Made by a program: the position numbers and the translations under genes | The notes under the pieces: model-generated | Seen by the model: only the letters and a program-made list of their open reading frames with translations | Databases searched by the model: none | What the model was told of the DNA's origin: nothing | Shown here: piece after piece, positions 49,584-58,708 of the stretch | How positions within the stretch are numbered: position 1 is the stretch's first letter | Layout: each line of letters starts with the position of its first letter | Source of the DNA: Spirochaetia bacterium | GTDB taxonomy: Bacteria; Spirochaetota; Spirochaetia; DSM-2461 | Length of the DNA: 64,000 bases | NCBI GenBank assembly: GCA_963666985.2 | Contig: CAXXIA010000001.1 | Coordinates: 832,001-896,000, forward strand | Direction: 5' to 3'

Positions 49584-50531
49584 TCAACCGTAATATTCTT
49601 TGTAAATCGACGGAGAGAGGAGCTTGATCTCAATCAACGCTTCGTCAATCGCCGTTCTGTCCGTCCCAGCCGATCTGTAATATGCGATAAGCCGGAAATA
49701 ACGGTTTATCAGTCTCGGGGTAAGGCACTTGTGCACATCACCGTCGGCAATTTCATTTTTCAATGCGTAAATCGATTGCTTCAGTTTCCCGTATTCAACG
49801 GGACTGAGTTCACGACTTACGTCAAGGACCCCCCAAATTTCTCCATAAACAGGAAGCCATTCACGGAAATCGGGACCGTTCGGATCAACGGCGGTCCCGG
49901 TTCTCTCGATAAGACGCCGAAAAAGCGGTGAGGCGATTTCGTCCTGTTCGATGCTTCCGGCATCAAGGAACATCGCCTCGCGCATCATAACTTTCGCCGC
50001 CTTCGTTTCTCCGATGAGAGCATACGCATCAGCCAATTCGGCGAGCACCCGAGAATCCGTTCGTCCGTCGCCGGAAAGGGCTTCTTCATAGGCGGCGATG
50101 CAATCCTCATATCGTCCAAGGGCTTTCTGACATCGTCCCGCCTGAAGATAAGCCTCGGTATCGTTACCGGAGGCGCTTCGCCGTGAATAACAGTCAATGG
50201 CGCGTCCCAGAACGCACTTCTTCAGACGGTCCGCACCCTCCTGCATGGGATGCTCCAGACCTTTGGAATAACGATCGGCAAAATGCTTCCATTGGCGGCG
50301 GAGATAATCGCCGCGCGTACCGTCGTCGTCGAGCGCATCCAAATTCCGCATGCGTTCAGCCCAAAAACCGCATGCTCTTAAAGCCGAACGAACTTCCCTG
50401 TCTTCGAAATCCCGTGCGTGGGCTTCATCGAGAAGAGTCCGCGCACCGGAAAAATCACCGGCTTCAAAAAGATGATAACTCCTGGATAAAAGATCGTCGA
50501 TTTCGGAGTTTCGCTCTTTTTTAACCAGCAT
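49584..50531 (-). CDS. TPR-containing protein upstream of greA
   Basis: TPR-like helices (AYLQAGRCQKALG, LAELADAYALIG). Confidence 0.8.
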   Translation of the reverse strand: MLVKKERNSEIDDLLSRSYHLFEAGDFSGARTLLDEAHARDFEDREVRSALRACGFWAERMRNLDALDDDGTRGDYLRRQWKHFADRYSKGLEHPMQEGADRLKKCVLGRAIDCYSRRSASGNDTEAYLQAGRCQKALGRYEDCIAAYEEALSGDGRTDSRVLAELADAYALIGETKAAKVMMREAMFLDAGSIEQDEIASPLFRRLIERTGTAVDPNGPDFREWLPVYGEIWGVLDVSRELSPVEYGKLKQSIYALKNEIADGDVHKCLTPRLINRYFRLIAYYRSAGTDRTAIDEALIEIKLLSPSIYKEYYG

Positions 50532-50554
50532 TTTAATCCGTTGGCCCTTAGAAC

Positions 50555-50625
50555 AGTATATCCATTTCAATGGATTTGAGTCAACAAACGGACGGCTTGG
50601 ACATATAAGCCAAGCATTCTATAAT
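50555..50625. promoter_or_regulatory. Divergent sigma70 promoters, each overlapped by an inverted repeat
   Basis: Minus strand: TTGACT(50584)-18-TATACT(50555). Plus strand: TGGACA(50598)-16-TATAAT(50625). Confidence 0.7.
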
Positions 50626-50632
50626 CCTTTTC

Positions 50633-51304
50633 ATGGCAGAAAAAAAGAGGTTGATCGCCCCTTCGGTCCTTGCCGCGGATTTTACACGAATTGCGGACGC
50701 TTTAACGCTCGCCGAGACGGCCGGCGCCGATTGGATTCATCTTGATGTAATGGACGGCGTTTTCGTTCCCCCCATAACCTTCGGAGCCCAAATGGCCGCG
50801 GCCGTGAGAACGAAAACAAGCCTTGAGCTCGATGCGCATCTAATGACGGTGAATCCGTCGGCGCAGCTTGATTTTTTCGTCGATGCCGGAGTGGACCGAT
50901 TCACGTTTCATGCGGAAGCTGAAATTCATTCCCATCGTCTGGTCGAAAGAGTAAAATCCCGGGGGCTCAAAGCGGGAATTTCCATCGTGCCCTCAACACC
51001 GATTGAAGCGATAATCGAGATTATGGGAATCGTCGATCAAATCCTGGTGATGACCGTAAACCCGGGGTACGGCGGTCAATCGCTTATCGATTCGACTTTG
51101 GACAAGATCCGCCGAATACGTGAAATCCGCGAAAAGAAAAATCTCGGATTCCTTATTGAAATGGACGGCGGATTCGGCCCGTCGACGGCCGCCCGGATTT
51201 GGGAAGCGGGCATTGATGCGGCCGTTATGGGTTCGGCTTTTTTCGGCGCCGACGATCCGAAAAAAGCCTTGGAATTATGCCGAAACGCCAAGCGGATTTC
51301 ATGA
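50633..51304 (+). CDS. rpe: Ribulose-phosphate 3-epimerase
   Basis: IAPSVL, HLDVMDG, DAHLM, MTVNPGYGGQ, MDGG. Confidence 0.97.
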   Translation: MAEKKRLIAPSVLAADFTRIADALTLAETAGADWIHLDVMDGVFVPPITFGAQMAAAVRTKTSLELDAHLMTVNPSAQLDFFVDAGVDRFTFHAEAEIHSHRLVERVKSRGLKAGISIVPSTPIEAIIEIMGIVDQILVMTVNPGYGGQSLIDSTLDKIRRIREIREKKNLGFLIEMDGGFGPSTAARIWEAGIDAAVMGSAFFGADDPKKALELCRNAKRIS

Positions 51305-51359
51305 GCCGGCTCAAGGGATTGCTTATCACGAGCCGATAACGAAAAAGAGGGGGAATTCC

Positions 51360-52166
51360 GTGCGTCGGATTATTCAAATGACCATCCTCTTGCTCCTGCC
51401 TCTTACCTGTGTTTCCGCTCAGGTAATTGTCGACGACGCCCTTCTGCGCCGCGGCTTGGAATCTTTACGAAGAGGTCAATACGTATCCGCGGCCGGAGAT
51501 TTTGAGAATGTCCTTTCCAACGAATCTCTGCTTCCGTTTCATTCGGACGCTCTTTATTGGCTCGTTAAAGCCGATATAGCCTTAAAAGATTACGGCAAAG
51601 CGGCTGAAGAAGCCGACCGATTTCTAATTTTTTATGCCGGAGATGAAAGAGAAGGGGAAATCCTCTATCAGCGGGCCAGACTCCTCCATCTTGAAGGTGA
51701 GCCGGATAAAGCCATAGCGGCGCTAAACGGTTTTATGGCCTCGCATCCCGAATCTCCTTTCTTTTCTTCGGCGTTGTATTGGATCGGAGAATCTCTGATC
51801 GAACTGGGAAGGCTTGAAGAAGCCGATGCGATTTTCAGCGAACTTTTGGAGAATCATCCGACGAGCGTTAAAAGGGAAGCCGCCGAGTATCGAAAAAGCG
51901 AAATCGCACTCCTTTTTCGCGAAAAAGAACTTCTGGACCTCTTAAAGTGGAGCCATGAGGAATATCTGCGCGATGCGGAAGATTTTTATCGCCGTGAATC
52001 CGAATACAGGGATGCCCTTTTATCCTACAAACAGAGGATGGGAGATGGTACGCAGGAAGAAATCGCCGCGGCATATAAATCTCGTCTTCTCGACGCGAAA
52101 GAACGTCTTTTGGCCGTGCAGAAATATTATATCGACCGGCTGATGGAGCTCTCCGATGTCCGTTAG
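51360..52166 (+). CDS. Exported TPR protein (CpoB/BamD-like repeats) with a C-terminal coiled coil
   Basis: Signal peptide from GTG 51360; DALYW, ILYQRAR, HPES..ALYWIGES. Confidence 0.75.
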   Translation: MRRIIQMTILLLLPLTCVSAQVIVDDALLRRGLESLRRGQYVSAAGDFENVLSNESLLPFHSDALYWLVKADIALKDYGKAAEEADRFLIFYAGDEREGEILYQRARLLHLEGEPDKAIAALNGFMASHPESPFFSSALYWIGESLIELGRLEEADAIFSELLENHPTSVKREAAEYRKSEIALLFREKELLDLLKWSHEEYLRDAEDFYRRESEYRDALLSYKQRMGDGTQEEIAAAYKSRLLDAKERLLAVQKYYIDRLMELSDVR

Positions 52167-53169
52167 GAAAATCCTTTTCATCACCGCATGCGTCTGCGTT
52201 TCTTTTTCCGCGCATGCCGAAAACTCCGCCGGATACGGGCTTCTCGCCGATGCCGCGGCCGATGAGTCGTTTCCAAAGATTCATGCCGTCTCGGAGGGAC
52301 ACCCGCCCGCAGCGCTTTGGGATGAAGATCCTTCAAGTTCGGGCTGGATTTTCAGGATCGGCGGAGAATTCGTTTCTCCCTCGGACAGCGATTGGGTCAG
52401 AGAAGATCGCGGTACCGAATCGGGGCGAATCCTCTCGTATTCGAATAAAGTGTATTCGTTTGAACAAAGAGTCTTTATTTCGGCCGAAAAAACTCATGCT
52501 AAAGTCGTTATGAAGTTCTTTAACAACAGCACCGATGCGGTTGAGATTGTCCCGATGCTCCTGCTCGATACCGTTCTGGGAGAAACAACGGGCCTTCCTT
52601 TTCTGCTTTCCGGCGGAACATACCTTAAGGAGGAAACCCTTCTTGCAGGTTCCGATATTCCCGATTGGATTAAAACGGTCAGGGATTCGTCAACGCCGGT
52701 ACTGACGATTTCCTTCGCCGACAAAATCTCCGATACGCCCGATTCCCTCATCGCGGCGAATTGGCTGAGGTTGAAGCAAAGCGGCATGTCGTTGAGGCCT
52801 CAACGCGGCCGGAATTTCGATTATCTTCCGTTCTCCGAAGCCGACAGCGCTCTTCTTATCGGATACGGTTCGAAAAAAATCAATTCCGGAGATTCCATGG
52901 AAATTACCGTCGTTTTCGGACTTGACGAAAACGTCCCGAGGCCGGAGGAATTCAACCGGGCGGTGAATGCGGCACTCGATGCCGGCCGCGAGAACACTCG
53001 GCTTAGGGAGTATGCCGTCAGACAGAGACTCAGAGAAATTGAATCGACGATTTCCGCCATTGATTCTCTGCTGGCCGATGAAGGAATGATAAACGCCGAT
53101 AATGTAATCGATATAGAGAAGAAAACCGGACAACAAGAGAGGCTTCGCGCGGAGTATGAGAACCTATAA
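52156..53169 (+). CDS. Hypothetical exported protein (beta-rich domain + coiled coil)
   Basis: Signal peptide ending SAHA; overlaps both neighbouring genes. Confidence 0.7.
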   Translation: MSVRKILFITACVCVSFSAHAENSAGYGLLADAAADESFPKIHAVSEGHPPAALWDEDPSSSGWIFRIGGEFVSPSDSDWVREDRGTESGRILSYSNKVYSFEQRVFISAEKTHAKVVMKFFNNSTDAVEIVPMLLLDTVLGETTGLPFLLSGGTYLKEETLLAGSDIPDWIKTVRDSSTPVLTISFADKISDTPDSLIAANWLRLKQSGMSLRPQRGRNFDYLPFSEADSALLIGYGSKKINSGDSMEITVVFGLDENVPRPEEFNRAVNAALDAGRENTRLREYAVRQRLREIESTISAIDSLLADEGMINADNVIDIEKKTGQQERLRAEYENL

Positions 53170-54235
53170 CAGAGATCTCAAGCGCGCCAGAAGATGGCTT
53201 GCATCCGGGCGGAGTACCAAGGTTATCCGCTATTTGGAACCGAAAGTCCCTCTTTTTTTGGAAGACCCCGACTATTACGCCATTCTGGGCAGATCGTGTC
53301 TTGAAGCCGGTCTCTTGAAAGACGCCGATACCTATCTGAACAGGGGATTGCAGGCCGATCCGGTGAATGTGGAAATCAGGCTGACTCTGGCTGTTAATCA
53401 TCTGAAAAGAAAAGATCCCGCCGCCGCCGTAAGAACTTGGCTTGAAGTCCTGGAAGATCATCGGGACGACAAGTATGCGAATCGGGGCTTAAAAACAATG
53501 AAGAGCATAACCAGCCAGGAAGCTCAGGATAAATTTATCGCCTCATTTTCACCGAGAAGGTTTCTCCCCGACATCAGGTCGCGCTGGCCTGCCGGGATTC
53601 TTACGGTTCTGATTATTCTGCTGCTTTTTTTGATGGGACTGTATTTTCTTGAGGAAATCGGTTCCGTTGTGTCTTCCTTGTCCGATCGGACGCATCGTTT
53701 GGGCAGCGAGCGGTTTATAGTCGATCAAAAAGGTCCGCTGACCACCGATTCCGCGAACATTCCCTATCCGATGAGCGATGGGGAAGTCACTCAAACGATG
53801 AAAAAGGCCATGAAGCATTTTCAGGCCTATGAAGATAATCAAGCCAGATTCGAATTGAATAAAATCATGAATTCAAACGCCTCCGCGGAAATCCGGGATC
53901 AGGCCGAAGGCTTAATCGAAAGCTTGCGGGAGCCTGAGATTGAGGGATTCGAGAATTCTTTCGATTATGCGGACGTGGAATCCTTACCGGCTCTTTATGA
54001 GGGCTGCTGGGTTCTGTGGCGGGGTATGACGGCCAATGTCCTCTATGATAACGATGCGATTCGATTCGACTTTCTTGTCGGATTTGATGAAGGCCGGATT
54101 CTCGAAGGACGTGTTCCCGTGGAAATTCCCTTTCTGACGGTGATGGAACCGCTTCCTTTGGAACTGCTTGCCAGGGTGGAAAATCGGGAAGACGGATTCC
54201 ATCTTATCGCCAAGACGCTTCATTTTTTACGCTGA
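53156..54235 (+). CDS. TPR-containing single-pass membrane protein
   Basis: N-terminal TPRs, central TM (ILTVLIILLLFLMGLYFL), C-terminal OB-like region. Confidence 0.75.
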   Translation: MRTYNRDLKRARRWLASGRSTKVIRYLEPKVPLFLEDPDYYAILGRSCLEAGLLKDADTYLNRGLQADPVNVEIRLTLAVNHLKRKDPAAAVRTWLEVLEDHRDDKYANRGLKTMKSITSQEAQDKFIASFSPRRFLPDIRSRWPAGILTVLIILLLFLMGLYFLEEIGSVVSSLSDRTHRLGSERFIVDQKGPLTTDSANIPYPMSDGEVTQTMKKAMKHFQAYEDNQARFELNKIMNSNASAEIRDQAEGLIESLREPEIEGFENSFDYADVESLPALYEGCWVLWRGMTANVLYDNDAIRFDFLVGFDEGRILEGRVPVEIPFLTVMEPLPLELLARVENREDGFHLIAKTLHFLR

Positions 54236-54266
54236 ACATCCGTATAGGGAAATTTAAACGCATCTC

Positions 54267-54296
54267 TTGCGAACCGGAAGTGTTGGCGGGTATGAT
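54267..54296 (+). promoter_or_regulatory. Putative sigma70 promoter of recA
   Basis: TTGCGA-18 bp-TATGAT. Confidence 0.55.
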
Positions 54297-54355
54297 GGAG
54301 TCGAATTCTCAAGCGACAGCGCCTCGGCGGCAGTCAATACGTTAGAGAGGCAGAC

Positions 54356-55480
54356 ATGGCAAAAAAGATGGAAACGGTATCGGCTCCCGCTTCGGGAGAA
54401 CGGGAAAAAGCGGTTGAAGCCGCAAGAATGCAGATAGAGAAGCAGTTTGGAAAAGGATCTCTCATGAAAATGGGAGAAAAGCGCCGAGTGAGGATTGAAA
54501 CCATTCCTTCGGGGTCCATTCTGCTCGACGAAGCCTTAAGCGTGGGCGGGTATCCCAAAGGGCGCATCGTCGAAATATACGGTCCGGAATCCTCCGGAAA
54601 AACGACCTTGGCTCTTCATGCCATCGCGGAGGCTCAGAAGGCGGGCGGGATTGCGGCGTTCATCGACGCCGAGCATGCTCTGGATCCCATCTACGCCGGC
54701 AACCTCGGGGTTGATGTGGATAATCTCTGGCTCAGTCAGCCGGATACGGGCGAACAGGCCCTGGAAATCGCCGAATCCCTGGTGCGATCGGGCGGCATCG
54801 ACATTATCGTGGTCGATTCGGTCGCCGCCTTAACGCCTCAGGCGGAAATTGATGGAGACATGGGCGATTCTCACGTCGGCCTGCAGGCCAGGCTGATGAG
54901 TCAGGCGCTTCGCAAGCTGACCGGAACCATCAGCAAATCCGGCTGCTGTCTTATTTTCATCAATCAGATTCGGATGAAAATCGGCGTTATGTTCGGAAAT
55001 CCGGAAACCACGACCGGAGGGAACGCACTGAAATTCTATTCTTCGGTGCGTCTTGAGGTTCGGAGGATCGAAACCATCACCAAAGGGCAGGATAACGCCA
55101 TCGGGAATCGCGTCAGGGTTAAGGTTGTTAAGAATAAAGTTGCGCCGCCGTTCCGGCGCGCGGAGCTTGAAATCATATTCGGCAAAGGCATTTCCATGAG
55201 CGGGAGTCTGCTCGACGCGGCCGTAACGCAGGATTATATTTCGAAAAGCGGCAGCTGGTATTCCCTGGGAGATCAGCGCATAGGGCAGGGCAGGGAGAAC
55301 GCCAAACAGTACCTTGAGGATAATCCCGAAGTCGCGGCCGAACTGGATACCAAGCTTCGCGCGAAACTCTTTCCCGCCCTGGAGCCCGTTAAAGAATCGG
55401 CAACACCCGCAAAGCCGGAAGCGGCGGCGAAAAAACCCTCCGCGGCCGACGGCGGCGGAAACCTGTTTGAGAAACCGTGA
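54356..55480 (+). CDS. recA: Recombinase RecA
   Basis: [35 protein letters not shown]. Confidence 0.99.
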   Translation: MAKKMETVSAPASGEREKAVEAARMQIEKQFGKGSLMKMGEKRRVRIETIPSGSILLDEALSVGGYPKGRIVEIYGPESSGKTTLALHAIAEAQKAGGIAAFIDAEHALDPIYAGNLGVDVDNLWLSQPDTGEQALEIAESLVRSGGIDIIVVDSVAALTPQAEIDGDMGDSHVGLQARLMSQALRKLTGTISKSGCCLIFINQIRMKIGVMFGNPETTTGGNALKFYSSVRLEVRRIETITKGQDNAIGNRVRVKVVKNKVAPPFRRAELEIIFGKGISMSGSLLDAAVTQDYISKSGSWYSLGDQRIGQGRENAKQYLEDNPEVAAELDTKLRAKLFPALEPVKESATPAKPEAAAKKPSAADGGGNLFEKP

Positions 55481-55971
55481 GTATCGTTTGGCTTGGACTC
55501 GGTTCGAATATCGGTGATAGGAAAGCCCATATCGAATCGGCGCTTAAGGCTCTTGATTCTCTGCTTCGAGAATTGGTCAGGGCTCCGCTTTACGAAACAT
55601 CGCCTCGTGATTTTGAGGATCAGGATGATTTCCTCAATACGGTTGTTCGCGGATTGTCCGATCTTCCGCCTTCGGAGTTCCTGGCCCGCATTCAGGAAAT
55701 TGAGTACGATGGAGGACGGACAAGAGACGGTATTCCCAAGGGGCCGAGAACCATCGATATCGATATTCTCCTCTGGGACGATTCGATTATCGAAACGGGA
55801 ACGGACGAGAGAAATCTCATCGTGCCTCATCAGGCCATGCACGAAAGGCTTTTCGTGCTGAAGCCTCTGCTTGATCTAAATCCGGCTCTCGTTGATCCGA
55901 GGGACGGCATTTCCTGGGCCGATAAGGCCTCGCGCCTGAACTCACAACAGGTTATGCTGTATAAAATATGA
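55477..55971 (+). CDS. folK: 2-amino-4-hydroxy-6-hydroxymethyldihydropteridine diphosphokinase
   Basis: [35 protein letters not shown]. Confidence 0.96.
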   Translation: MSIVWLGLGSNIGDRKAHIESALKALDSLLRELVRAPLYETSPRDFEDQDDFLNTVVRGLSDLPPSEFLARIQEIEYDGGRTRDGIPKGPRTIDIDILLWDDSIIETGTDERNLIVPHQAMHERLFVLKPLLDLNPALVDPRDGISWADKASRLNSQQVMLYKI

Positions 55972-56747
55972 GTGATGAAAACGATCTGGAATCGGACGGA
56001 CACGAGGCGGCGGGACCGAAATACCGTCTCGATCATTTTGAAGGACCTCTGGATCTCTTACTATTCCTGATACGTAAAAACGAAGTCAGTATTTACGATA
56101 TTCCCGTTGCTGAAATCACGGAGCAGTTTCTCGAATACCTCCGGTATTCTTCACCCATAGATTTGGACGGCGTTTCCGAATTTTATCTGATGGCCTCGAC
56201 CTTGCTGTACATCAAATCGAAGATGCTGCTGCCCATCGAAGTCGATATGGACGATGAACTCGAAGATCCGCGGCAGGAATTGGTCCAGCGGCTCATTGAA
56301 TACGAACGGTTCCGCAAACTCACCGATCTTATGGCCGAAAGAGAAGCCGAAGCCGACTGGATTGTGGAACGAAAAAGAACTCAAGCCGTTCTTCCTTTTC
56401 CCGACGAGGATGATCTTTGGGAACGCGTTGATACTTGGGATCTTTTGAAGAGTTTCGGAAAGGTCATGAAAGAACTCGGAGGCGAGAAAGTCATCAGCCT
56501 CTGGGAAGAAGTCTCCATAAATGAGAAAATTGCGCTTATTCACGAATATCTTGAAGACAGAAGAGAATTCAACTTCGACGATTTGCTGGTGAATCCCGGA
56601 TCGCTGATGGAGGTGGTCAGTGCTTTTCTCGCGGTTTTGGAGACCGTAAAGGCCGGCATAATCGATGTTTGGCAGAACAGACTTTTTGGTGATATACGGA
56701 TTACATCTTCTTCCAGGCGGAAGAATGAAGACGCCGAATCGGCCTAG
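55968..56747 (+). CDS. scpA: Segregation and condensation protein A
   Basis: FEGPLDLLL, IYDIP, KSKMLLP, FLAVLE. Confidence 0.95.
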   Translation: MSDENDLESDGHEAAGPKYRLDHFEGPLDLLLFLIRKNEVSIYDIPVAEITEQFLEYLRYSSPIDLDGVSEFYLMASTLLYIKSKMLLPIEVDMDDELEDPRQELVQRLIEYERFRKLTDLMAEREAEADWIVERKRTQAVLPFPDEDDLWERVDTWDLLKSFGKVMKELGGEKVISLWEEVSINEKIALIHEYLEDRREFNFDDLLVNPGSLMEVVSAFLAVLETVKAGIIDVWQNRLFGDIRITSSSRRKNEDAESA

Positions 56748-56780
56748 CGGGCCGTTGTAAGGAACAAAGAAGGAGCGGAA

Positions 56781-57326
56781 ATGGATTTTGTCGAAGAGGC
56801 GGCCATTATTGAAGCGGTCCTGCTACTGGAAGTGGAACCGATAGAGGAAGCCTTTATCGCGCGAATTACCGGACTTGATAAAACGGTTGTTGAACGCTCA
56901 TTGGCGGTATTGGCCGAAAGGTATGCGGCTGACGAGTTCGGCATAGAGCCGGTTCGGATCGCCGGAGGATGGTCGTTTGCTCCCAAGGAACGTCTGTGGA
57001 CGGTTCTCAAACAGCGCTACGGCAGACACAGGGACGATCGGCTTTCGCGGGCCGCATTGGAAACTCTCTCGATAATCGCGTATTCTCAGCCTCTTACCAG
57101 GGTTGAAATTGAAAATATCCGCGGCGTCGGCGCGGACGGCATGATCCGGGCGCTGAAAGAAAAGGATCTGATTAAGGAAGTGGGGCGTAAAGATACTCCG
57201 GGGAAACCCGTTCTTTACGGAACAACAAAGGAGTTTCTGAAGATTTTCAGGCTGGAAAGTATCGCCGAACTTCCGAAACTCGATGAACTCGATGAAAACA
57301 AATTTGCAGTCGATGGAAAAGAATGA
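56781..57326 (+). CDS. scpB: Segregation and condensation protein B
   Basis: LSRAALETLSIIAYSQP, IRGV, LYGTTKEFL. Confidence 0.96.
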   Translation: MDFVEEAAIIEAVLLLEVEPIEEAFIARITGLDKTVVERSLAVLAERYAADEFGIEPVRIAGGWSFAPKERLWTVLKQRYGRHRDDRLSRAALETLSIIAYSQPLTRVEIENIRGVGADGMIRALKEKDLIKEVGRKDTPGKPVLYGTTKEFLKIFRLESIAELPKLDELDENKFAVDGKE

Positions 57327-58065
57327 AGCGGAAGCCGTAAGGCTCCAGGTGAGATTGGCCCGAGCCGGATTGGCCTCGCGTCGGAAATGTGAAGAATTTA
57401 TCGCCGAAGGACGTGTTACGGTTAATGGAAAAACCGTGATTAAGCCGGGTACGAAGGTAACGGATGAAGATGAAGTCCTTTTCGACGGCCGTCCGGTCAG
57501 AGATGAAAAAAGAAAAGTGTATATCGCTCTTCATAAACCGGCCGGATTTCTCTGTTCCGATTCGGATCCGGACGGGCGTCCTTTGGCCAAGAGTCTTTTA
57601 AATGTCGTCGTCAATGAAAGGATCTTTCATGTCGGACGGCTTGACTACATGACCAGCGGCCTTATTTTTTATACGAACGACGGCGAGTTTTCCCGCGCGC
57701 TGACGCATCCGTCGAAAAAAATTGAAAAAGAATACATCGTTACGACGAAAAACGAGATTCCCGAAACTCTGATTAATCGATTCCTGGAGGGAATCGTCGT
57801 CGATGGTATACGTTACAAAGCTTCGGAAGCGGAACTTACCGGCCCCAGAACCGCCAGGATTGTTCTTACGGAAGGAAAAAACAGAGAATTGCGCCGTGTT
57901 TTTCTTTCGGCGTCCGCGCGAATCAAAAAAGTGCATAGGGTAAGAATCGGACCGATACGGCTTAAAGGAATTGCCCCCGGCAGATTCAGATATTTAAAGG
58001 ACAAAGAAGTTAAAGCCCTCATGGAATACGCCGTTCGGGGAGGTCGCCATGGTCGTCGCCATTGA
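57313..58065 (+). CDS. rluB: RsuA/RluB-family rRNA pseudouridine synthase
   Basis: S4 domain (ASRRKCE..GRVTVNG), VGRLD, EGKNRELRR. Subfamily inferred from scpAB-rluB-cmk gene order. Confidence 0.88.
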   Translation: MEKNEAEAVRLQVRLARAGLASRRKCEEFIAEGRVTVNGKTVIKPGTKVTDEDEVLFDGRPVRDEKRKVYIALHKPAGFLCSDSDPDGRPLAKSLLNVVVNERIFHVGRLDYMTSGLIFYTNDGEFSRALTHPSKKIEKEYIVTTKNEIPETLINRFLEGIVVDGIRYKASEAELTGPRTARIVLTEGKNRELRRVFLSASARIKKVHRVRIGPIRLKGIAPGRFRYLKDKEVKALMEYAVRGGRHGRRH

Positions 58066-58687
58066 TGGTCCGGCCGGTGTGGGAAAAAGTTCCCTCGCTT
58101 CCAGGATTGCCGAGGGATTCGGTTTCTTCAACCTCAATTCCGGTTCGTTTTATCGGGCCATGGCGGTAAGAGCGCTTGATGCAGGTGTCGATATCAGCGA
58201 TGAGAATGCCGTTGCGAAAATGGCCGATTCGGCGAAGTTCGATATTATTAAGGGCCGTCTTTATATGGATGGAAACGATATGGAGAACCGCCTTCGAACG
58301 GACGAAGTGGACCATTGGTCTTCGGTTGTCTCCACGATCGTTCCCCTCCGGCATGCGGTGAACCGTCATTTGAGAACGCTTGCTAAAAGTATGGACCTTG
58401 TGGCCGAAGGAAGAGACATGACAACCGTTGTTTTTCCGGACGCCGAAGTGAAGATCTATCTTGATGCCGATCCTTCGGTGCGCGCGAAGCGGCGTTTTGA
58501 ACAGGGAACCAGCGGCCGGAGCCTGGAGGAATTGGAGCGTTCCATACGAATCCGGGACGAACGGGATAAGAATAAGAAGGAAGGATCTTTGGTGATTGCC
58601 GAGGGAGCTCTTGTAATTGATACCTCCGCCTTGACCTTAGATCAGGTTTATGAGAAAGTGACCGGGTTGATTAATACCTACCTATAA
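58049..58687 (+). CDS. cmk: Cytidylate kinase
   Basis: IDGPAGVGKS, EGRDMTTVVFPDA, RDERD. Confidence 0.97.
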   Translation: MVVAIDGPAGVGKSSLASRIAEGFGFFNLNSGSFYRAMAVRALDAGVDISDENAVAKMADSAKFDIIKGRLYMDGNDMENRLRTDEVDHWSSVVSTIVPLRHAVNRHLRTLAKSMDLVAEGRDMTTVVFPDAEVKIYLDADPSVRAKRRFEQGTSGRSLEELERSIRIRDERDKNKKEGSLVIAEGALVIDTSALTLDQVYEKVTGLINTYL

Positions 58688-58708
58688 AACCTTTTTCCAG
58701 GAGAAAAC

